Assembly (NCBI RefSeq): GCF_009914755.1
Contig: NC_060927.1
Length of the DNA stretch: 64,000 bases
From: the human T2T-CHM13v2.0 reference genome, Homo sapiens
Direction: 5' to 3' (one strand)
Part shown: positions 54,930-64,000 of the stretch, piece by piece
Layout of the letters: each line of letters begins with the position of its first letter
How positions within the stretch are numbered: the stretch's first letter is position 1
Translations under genes and position numbers: made by a program
Notes under the pieces: model-generated
What the model saw: only the letters and a program-made list of their open reading frames with translations
Told to the model about the DNA's origin: nothing
The model's database searches: none

Positions 54930-57900
54930 CTCAAAGACGTTTAAATATCCACTTGCAGACTTCACAAACAGAGGGTTTCCAAACTGCTCTATGAAAAGAA
55001 AGGTTAAACTCTGTGAGTTGAACGCACACATCACAAAGTAGCTTCTGAGAATGATACTGTCTAGTTTTTATACGAAGATATTTCCTTTCTACCATTGGCG
55101 TCAAAGCGCTAGAATTCTCCACTTGCAAATTCCACAAAAAGAGTGTTTCCAATCTGCTCTGTCTAAAGGAAGGTTCAACTCTGTGAGTTGAATACACACA
55201 CACAAAGAAGCTACTGAGAATTCTTTTGTCAAGAATTACAAGAAGAAATCCCGTTTCCAACGAAGGCCTCAAAGAGTTCCAAATATCCACTTGCACACTG
55301 CACAAACTAAGTCTTTCCAAACTGCTCTATGCAAAGAAATGTTCAACTCTGTGAGTTTAATACGCACATCACAAAGCAGTTTCTGAGAATGATACTGTCT
55401 AGTTTTTATACGAAGATATTTCCTTTTGTACCATTGGCCTCATACTGCTAGAATTTTCCACTTGCAAATTCCACAAAAAGAGTGTTTCCAATCCGCTCTG
55501 TCTAAAGGAAGGTTCAACTCTCTGATTTGAATACATACATCCCAAAAGAAGTTCCTGAGAATTCTTCTGTCTAGCATTATGTGAAGAAATCCCGTTTCCA
55601 ACGAAAGCCTCAAAGAGGTCCAAATATCCAGTTGCAGAATTTACAAACTGACTGTTTCCAAACTCATCTATGAAAAGAAAGGTTAAACTCTGGGAGTTGA
55701 ATGCACATATCACAAAGTAGTTCCTGAGAATGATTCTGTCTAGTTTTCATACGAAGATATTTCCTTTTCCACCAATGGCCTCAAAGTGCTTGAAATCTCC
55801 CCTTGCAAATTCCACAGACAAGTGTTTCAAATCTGCACTGTCTAAAGGAAGGTTCAACCCTGTGAGTTGAATACACACACACAGAAAAAAATTCACTGAG
55901 AATTCTATTGTCTATCATTACACGAAGAAATCCCGTTTACTACGAAGGCCTCAAAGAGGTCCAAATATCCAGCTGCAGACATTACAAACTGAGTGTTTCC
56001 AAAGTGCTCTATGAAAAGAAGTGTTAAACACTGTGAGTTCAATGCACACATCCCAAAGCAGTTTCTGAGAATGATTCCGTCTATTTTTTCTACGAAGATA
56101 TTTCCTTTTCTGCCGTTGGCCTCAAAGCGCTTGAAATCTCCACTTGCAAATTCCACAAAAAGAGAGTTTCAAATCTGCTCTGTCTAAAGGAAGGTTCAAC
56201 TCTGTGAGTTGAATACACACCACAAAAAGAAGTTACTGAGAATTCTTCTGTCTAGCATTATATGAAAAATCCCGTTTCCAACGAAGGCCACAAAGAGGTC
56301 CAAATATCCACTTGCAGATTCTGCAAAAAGAGTGTTTCCAAACTGCTCTATGAAAAGAAACGTTAAACTCTGTGAGTTGAACGCAAACATCACAAAGTAG
56401 TTTCTGAGAATGACTCCGTCTAGTTTTTATACGAAGATATTTCCTTTCCTACCATTCACTTCAAAGCGCTTGAAGTCTCCCCCTGAAAATTCCACAAAAA
56501 GTGTTTCCAATCTGCTCCGCCTAAAGGAAGCTTCAACTCTGTGACTTGAATACCCACAACCCAAAGAAGTTACTGAGAATTCTTCTGTCTAGCATTATAT
56601 GAAGAAATCCCGTTTCCAACGAAGGCCTCAAATACATCCAAATATCCAGTTGCTGACTTTACAAACTGAGTGTTTCCAAACTGCTCTATGAAAAGAAAGG
56701 TTAAACACTGTGAGTTGAACACACACGTACCAAAGTAGTTTCTGAGAATGATTCTGTCTAGTTTGCATACGAAGATATTTCCTTTTCTACCATTGGCCTC
56801 AAAGCTCTGAAATCTCCACTTGCAAATTCCACAAAAAGAGAGTTTCAAATCTGCTGTTTCTAAAGGAAAGTTCAACTCTGAGAGTTGAATACACACCAGA
56901 AAAAGCAGTTACTGAGAAGTCTTCTGTCTAGCATTATATGAAGAAATCCCATTTCCAACGAAGACTTCAAAGAGGTCCAAATATCCACTTGCAGATTCTG
57001 CAAAAAGAGTGTTTCGAAACAACTCTATGAAAAGAAAGGTTAAACACTGTGAGTTGAACGCACACATTGCAAAGCAGTTTCTGAGAATGATTCCGTCTAA
57101 TTATTATACGAAGGTATTTCCTTTTCTATCATTGGCCTCAAAGCGCTTGATACCTCCACCTGAAAATTCCACAAAAAGAGTGTTTCCAATCTACTCTGTC
57201 TAAAGGAACGTTCAACTCTGTGAGTTGAATACACACACACAGAAAGAATTCACTGAGAATTCTTCTGTCTGGCATTACATGAAGAAATCCCGTTTCCAAC
57301 GAAGGCCTCAAAGAGGTCCAAATATCCACTTGCAGATTCTGCAAAAAGAGTGTTTCAAAACCGCTCCATTAAAAGGAATGTTGAACTCTGTGAGTTGAAT
57401 GCAAACATCACAACTCAGTTGCTGAGAATGCTTCTGACTAGATTTTATGGTAAGATATTTCCTTTTCTACCGTAGGCTTCAATGCCCTCTAAATACACCC
57501 TTGCAAATTCTACAAAGAGACTGTTTCATAACTGCTCTATAGGAAGAAAGGTTCAACTCTGTGAGTTGAATGCAGAGATCACAACGTGGTTTCTGCGAAT
57601 GATTCTTTGTAGTTTTTACATGAAGATATTTCGTTGTCAACCGTAGGCTTCAAAGCACTCAAAGTATTCACTTGGAACTTTTACAAAAAGAGTGTTAGAA
57701 AACTGCTCTTTCCAAAGTAAGGTTCAACTCTGTGAGTTGAATGCACACATAACAATCAAGAAGTTTCTGAGAATTCTTCTGTCCTGGTTTATATGAAGAA
57801 ATCCCGTTTCCAACGAAGGCCTCAAAGACGTTTAAATATCCACTTGCAGACTTCACAAACAGAGGGTTTCCAAACTGCTCTATGAAAAAAAAGGTTAAAC

Positions 57901-60711
57901 TCTGTCAGTTGAACGCACACATCACAAAGTAGCTTCTGAGAATGATACTGTCTAGTTTTTATACGAAGATATTTCCTTTCTACCATTGGCGTCAAAGCGC
58001 TAGAATTCTCCACTTGCAAATTCCACAAAAAGAGTGTTTCCAATCTGCTCTGTCTAAAGGAAGGTTCAACTCTGTGAGTTGAATACACACACACAAAGAA
58101 GCTACTGAGAATTCTTTTGTCAAGAATTACAAGAAGAAATCCCGTTTCCAACGAAGGCCTCAAAGAGTTCCAAATATCCACTTGCACACTGCACAAACTA
58201 AGTCTTTCCAAACTGCTCTATGCAAAGAAATGTTCAACTCTGTGAGTTTAATACGCACATCACAAAGCAGTTTCTGAGAATGATACTGTCTAGTTTTTAT
58301 ACGAAGATATTTCCTTTTGTACCATTGGCCTCATACTGCTAGAATTTTCCACTTGCAAATTCCACAAAAAGAGTGTTTCCAATCCGCTCTGTCTAAAGGA
58401 AGGTTCAACTCTCTGATTTGAATACATACATCCCAAAAGAAGTTCCTGAGAATTCTTCTGTCTAGCATTATGTGAAGAAATCCCGTTTCCAACGAAAGCC
58501 TCAAAGAGGTCCAAATATCCAGTTGCAGAATTTACAAACTGACTGTTTCCAAACTCATCTATGAAAAGAAAGGTTAAACTCTGGGAGTTGAATGCACATA
58601 TCACAAAGTAGTTCCTGAGAATGATTCTGTCTAGTTTTCATACGAAGATATTTCCTTTTCCACCAATGGCCTCAAAGTGCTTGAAATCTCCCCTTGCAAA
58701 TTCCACAGACAAGTGTTTCAAATCTGCACTGTCTAAAGGAAGGTTCAACCCTGTGAGTTGAATACACACACACAGAAAAAAATTCACTGAGAATTCTATT
58801 GTCTATCATTACACGAAGAAATCCCGTTTACTACGAAAGCCTCAAAGAGGTCCAAATATCCAGCTGCAGACATTACAAACTGAGTGTTTCCAAATTGCTC
58901 TATGAAAAGAAGTGTTAAACACTGTGAGTTCAATGCACACATCCCAAAGCAGTTTCTGAGAATGATTCCGTCTATTTTTTCTACGAAGATATTTCCTTTT
59001 CTGCCGTTGGCCTCAAAGCGCTTGAAATCTCCACTTGCAAATTCCACAAAAAGAGAGTTTCAAATCTGCTCTGTCTAAAGGAAGGTTCAACTCTGTGAGT
59101 TGAATACACACCACAAAAAGAAGTTACTGAGAATTCTTCTGTCTAGCATTATATGAAAAATCCCGTTTCCAACGAAGGCCACAAAGAGGTCCAAATATCC
59201 ACTTGCAGATTCTGCAAAAAGAGTGTTTCCAAACTGCTCTATGAAAAGAAGCGTTAAACTCTGTGAGTTGAATGCAAACATCACAAAGTAGTTTCTGAGA
59301 ATGACTCCGTCTAGTTTTTATACGAAGATATTTCCTTTCCTACCATTCACTTCAAAGCGCTTGAAGTCTCCCCCTGAAAATTCCACAAAAAGTGTTTCCA
59401 ATCTGCTCCGCCTAAAGGAAGCTTCAACTCTGTGACTTGAATACCCACAACCCAAAGAAGTTACTGAGAATTCTTCTGTCTAGCATTATATGAAGAAATC
59501 CCGTTTCCAACGAAGGCCTCAAATACATCCAAATATCCAGTTGCTGACTTTACAAACTGAGTGTTTCCAAACTGCTCTATGAAAAGAAAGGTTAAACACT
59601 GTGAGTTGAACACACACGTACCAAAGTAGTTTCTGAGAATGATTCTGTCTAGTTTGCATACGAAGATATTTCCTTTTCTACCATTGGCCTCAAAGCTCTG
59701 AAATCTCCACTTGCAAATTCCACAAAAAGAGAGTTTCAAATCTGCTGTTTCTAAAGGAAAGTTCAACTCTGAGAGTTGAATACACACCAGAAAAAGCAGT
59801 TACTGAGAAGTCTTCTGTCTAGCATTATATGAAGAAATCCCATTTCCAACGAAGACTTCAAAGAGGTCCAAATATCCACTTGCAGATTCTGCAAAAAGAG
59901 TGTTTCGAAACAACTGTATGAAAAGAAAGGTTAAACACTGTGAGTTGAACGCACACATTGCAAAGCAGTTTCTGAGAATGATTCCGTCTAATTATTATAC
60001 GAAGGTATTTCCTTTTCTATCATTGGCCTCAAAGCGCTTGATACCTCCACCTGAAAATTCCACAAAAAGAGTGTTTCCAATCTACTCTGTCTAAAGGAAC
60101 GTTCAACTCTGTGAGTTGAATACACACACACAGAAAGAATTCACTGAGAATTCTTCTGTCTGGCATTACATGAAGAAATCCCGTTTCCAACGAAGGCCTC
60201 AAAGAGGTCCAAATATCCACTTGCAGATTCTGCAAAAAGAGTGTTTCAAAACCGCTCCATTAAAAGGAATGTTGAACTCTGTGAGTTGAATGCAAACATC
60301 ACAACTCAGTTGCTGAGAATGCTTCTGACTAGATTTTATGGTAAGATATTTCCTTTTCTACCGTAGGCTTCAATGCCCTCTAAATACACCCTTGCAAATT
60401 CTACAAAGAGACTGTTTCATAACTGCTCTATAGGAAGAAAGGTTCAACTCTGTGAGTTGAATGCAGAGATCACAACGTGGTTTCTGCGAATGATTCTTTG
60501 TAGTTTTTACATGAAGATATTTCGTTGTCAACCGTAGGCTTCAAAGCACTCAAAGTATTCACTTGGAACTTTTACAAAAAGAGTGTTAGAAAACTGCTCT
60601 TTCCAAAGTAAGGTTCAACTCTGTGAGTTGAATGCACACATAACAATCAAGAAGTTTCTGAGAATTCTTCTGTCCTGGTTTATATGAAGAAATCCCGTTT
60701 CCAACGAAGGC

Positions 60712-63601
60712 CTCAAAGACGTTTAAATATCCACTTGCAGACTTCACAAACAGAGGGTTTCCAAACTGCTCTATGAAAAGAAAGGTTAAACTCTGTGAGT
60801 TGAACGCACACATCACAAAGTAGCTTCTGAGAATGATACTGTCTAGTTTTTATACGAAGATATTTCCTTTCTACCATTGGCGTCAAAGCGCTAGAATTCT
60901 CCACTTGCAAATTCCACAAAAAGAGTGTTTCCAATCTGCTCTGTCTAAAGGAAGGTTCAACTCTGTGAGTTGAATACACACACACAAAGAAGCTACTGAG
61001 AATTCTTTTGTCAAGAATTACAAGAAGAAATCCCGTTTCCAACGAAGGCCTCAAAGAGTTCCAAATATCCACTTGCACACTGCACAAACTAAGTCTTTCC
61101 AAACTGCTCTATGCAAAGAAATGTTCAACTCTGTGAGTTTAATACGCACATCACAAAGCAGTTTCTGAGAATGATACTGTCTAGTTTTTATACGAAGATA
61201 TTTCCTTTTGTACCATTGGCCTCATACTGCTAGAATTTTCCACTTGCAAATTCCACAAAAAGAGTGTTTCCAATCCGCTCTGTCTAAAGGAAGGTTCAAC
61301 TCTCTGATTTGAATACATACATCCCAAAAGAAGTTCCTGAGAATTCTTCTGTCTAGCATTATGTGAAGAAATCCCGTTTCCAACGAAAGCCTCAAAGAGG
61401 TCCAAATATCCAGTTGCAGAATTTACAAACTGACTGTTTCCAAACTCATCTATGAAAAGAAAGGTTAAACTCTGGGAGTTGAATGCACATATCACAAAGT
61501 AGTTCCTGAGAATGATTCTGTCTAGTTTTCATACGAAGATATTTCCTTTTCCACCAATGGCCTCAAAGTGCTTGAAATCTCCCCTTGCAAATTCCACAGA
61601 CAAGTGTTTCAAATCTGCACTGTCTAAAGGAAGGTTCAACCCTGTGAGTTGAATACACACACACAGAAAAAAATTCACTGAGAATTCTATTGTCTATCAT
61701 TACACGAAGAAATCCCGTTTACTACGAAGGCCTCAAAGAGGTCCAAATATCCAGCTGCAGACATTACAAACTGAGTGTTTCCAAAGTGCTCTATGAAAAG
61801 AAGTGTTAAACACTGTGAGTTCAATGCACACATCCCAAAGCAGTTTCTGAGAATGATTCCGTCTATTTTTTCTACGAAGATATTTCCTTTTCTGCCGTTG
61901 GCCTCAAAGCGCTTGAAATCTCCACTTGCAAATTCCACAAAAAGAGAGTTTCAAATCTGCTCTGTCTAAAGGAAGGTTCAACTCTGTGAGTTGAATACAC
62001 ACCACAAAAAGAAGTTACTGAGAATTCTTCTGTCTAGCATTATATGAAAAATCCCGTTTCCAACGAAGGCCACAAAGAGGTCCAAATATCCACTTGCAGA
62101 TTCTGCAAAAAGAGTGTTTCCAAACTGCTCTATGAAAAGAAACGTTAAACTCTGTGAGTTGAACGCAAACATCACAAAGTAGTTTCTGAGAATGACTCCG
62201 TCTAGTTTTTATACGAAGATATTTCCTTTCCTACCATTCACTTCAAAGCGCTTGAAGTCTCCCCCTGAAAATTCCACAAAAAGTGTTTCCAATCTGCTCC
62301 GCCTAAAGGAAGCTTCAACTCTGTGACTTGAATACCCACAACCCAAAGAAGTTACTGAGAATTCTTCTGTCTAGCATTATATGAAAAATCCCGTTTCCAA
62401 CGAAGGCCTCAAATACATCCAAATATCCAGTTGCTGACTTTACAAACTGAGTGTTTCCAAACTGCTCTATGAAAAGAAAGGTTAAACACTGTGAGTTGAA
62501 CACACACGTACCAAAGTAGTTTCTGAGAATGATTCTGTCTAGTTTGCATACGAAGATATTTCCTTTTCTACCATTGGCCTCAAAGCTCTGAAATCTCCAC
62601 TTGCAAATTCCACAAAAAGAGAGTTTCAAATCTGCTGTTTCTAAAGGAAAGTTCAACTCTGAGAGTTGAATACACACCAGAAAAAGCAGTTACTGAGAAG
62701 TCTTCTGTCTAGCATTATATGAAGAAATCCCATTTCCAACGAAGACTTCAAAGAGGTCCAAATATCCACTTGCAGATTCTGCAAAAAGAGTGTTTCGAAA
62801 CAACTCTATGAAAAGAAAGGTTAAACACTGTGAGTTGAACGCACACATTGCAAAGCAGTTTCTGAGAATGATTCCGTCTAATTATTATACGAAGGTATTT
62901 CCTTTTCTATCATTGGCCTCAAAGCGCTTGATACCTCCACCTGAAAATTCCACAAAAAGAGTGTTTCCAATCTACTCTGTCTAAAGGAACGTTCAACTCT
63001 GTGAGTTGAATACACACACACTAAAAGAATTCACTGAGAATTCTTCTGTCTGGCATTACATGAAGAAATCCCGTTTCCAACGAAGGCCTCAAAGAGGTCC
63101 AAATATCCACTTGCAGATTCTGCAAAAAGAGTGTTTCAAAACCGCTCCATTAAAAGGAATGTTGAACTCTGTGAGTTGAATGCAAACATCACAACTCAGT
63201 TGCTGAGAATGCTTCTGACTAGATTTTATGGTAAGATATTTCCTTTTCTACCGTAGGCTTCAATGCCCTCTAAATACACCCTTGCAAATTCTACAAAGAG
63301 ACTGTTTCATAACTGCTCTATAGGAAGAAAGGTTCAACTCTGTGAGTTGAATGCAGAGATCACAACGTGGTTTCTGCGAATGATTCTTTGTAGTTTTTAC
63401 ATGAAGATATTTCGTTGTCAACCGTAGGCTTCAAAGCACTCAAAGTATTCACTTGGAACTTTTACAAAAAGAGTGTTAGAAAACTGCTCTTTCCAAAGTA
63501 AGGTTCAACTCTGTGAGTTGAATGCACACATAACAATCAAGAAGTTTCTGAGAATTCTTCTGTCCTGGTTTATATGAAGAAATCCCGTTTCCAACGAAGG
63601 C
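60712..63601 (-). repeat. HOR copy 22 (2,890 bp; the only length variant, 1-bp deletion)
   Basis: ORF phase shifts by -1 (63603 instead of the expected 63604). Sequence reads ATGAAAAATCCCG at 62381 where other copies have ATGAAGAAATCCCG. Confidence 0.93.
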
Positions 63602-64000
63602 CTCAAAGACGTTTAAATATCCACTTGCAGACTTCACAAACAGAGGGTTTCCAAACTGCTCTATGAAAAAAAAGGTTAAACTCTGTCAGTTGAACGCACA
63701 CATCACAAAGTAGCTTCTGAGAATGATACTGTCTAGTTTTTATACGAAGATATTTCCTTTCTACCATTGGCGTCAAAGCGCTAGAATTCTCCACTTGCAA
63801 ATTCCACAAAAAGAGTGTTTCCAATCTGCTCTGTCTAAAGGAAGGTTCAACTCTGTGAGTTGAATACACACACACAAAGAAGCTACTGAGAATTCTTTTG
63901 TCAAGAATTACAAGAAGAAATCCCGTTTCCAACGAAGGCCTCAAAGAGTTCCAAATATCCACTTGCACACTGCACAAACTAAGTCTTTCCAAACTGCTCT

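Larger units (their letters stand above)
1..64000 (-). repeat. Alpha-satellite higher-order repeat array, 17-mer / 2,891-bp unit, ~22.1 copies; most likely human chromosome 3 D3Z1 centromeric array
   Basis: Seen: ~170-bp monomers with alpha-satellite hallmarks (TTCAACTCTGTGAGTTGAA, CTGAGAAT, CENP-B boxes). Every ORF in the track recurs at exactly +2,891 bp (2, 2893, 5784 ... 60713), and 2891/17 is ~170. Known: D3Z1 is a 17-mer, ~2.9-kb HindIII HOR of the dimeric SF1 type. Strand is given as - because the CENP-B boxes read CTTCGTTGGAAACGGGA on the minus strand throughout. Alpha-satellite HOR call ~0.99; D3Z1 assignment ~0.9. Confidence 0.97.

Noticed and set aside
62315-62677. Unique 120-aa ORF differing from the usual 108-aa ORF
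   Set aside because: It is a frameshift by-product of the 1-bp deletion at ~62385, not a new coding sequence.
2-63992. Roughly 190 short ORFs (64-129 aa) in the supplied track, recurring every 2,891 bp
   Set aside because: They are translations of alpha-satellite monomers (recurrent FEAFVGNGIS, LRPSLETGFL, FNSQSLTFLFIEQFGN) in overlapping frames on both strands. They appear and vanish with single SNVs, many lack a true ATG, and they show no recognisable domain. They are not genes and are useful only as SNV reporters.
1-64000. A previously undescribed gene-based biological system
   Set aside because: I found no non-satellite sequence, and strict 2,891-bp phasing throughout leaves no room for an insertion. 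Any novelty is limited to the array's internal duplication and conversion history.

Overview
The entire 64 kb window is primate (almost certainly human) centromeric alpha-satellite DNA. It is one uninterrupted, single-orientation tandem array of ~170-bp monomers organised into a 2,891-bp (17-monomer) higher-order repeat (HOR), with 22 full copies plus 399 bp of a 23rd. The unit has an A/B dimeric structure with 8 CENP-B-box positions on the minus strand (7 with an intact core, 1 with a core CpG>TpG loss), one divergent A-A monomer doublet that breaks the dimer rhythm, and a single HindIII site. This fits the chromosome 3 D3Z1 HOR (SF1-type 17-mer, ~2.9 kb HindIII repeat); the assignment is from recalled knowledge, not a database search. 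I see no genes, RNA genes, transposons or CRISPR arrays. All listed ORFs are chance open frames that repeat with the satellite. I found no new protein-coding system. The information beyond the HOR lies in copy-to-copy SNVs, read by eye: a 14-HOR (40,474 bp) long-range duplication (copies 1-4 recur as 15-19), nested 1-HOR and 2-HOR tandem duplications, a dense cluster of rare SNVs that looks like a conversion tract, a 1-bp deletion that appears templated from the neighbouring dimer, and a CpG-deamination signature. HOR copy n starts at 1+2891*(n-1), with the phase set arbitrarily by the window start.
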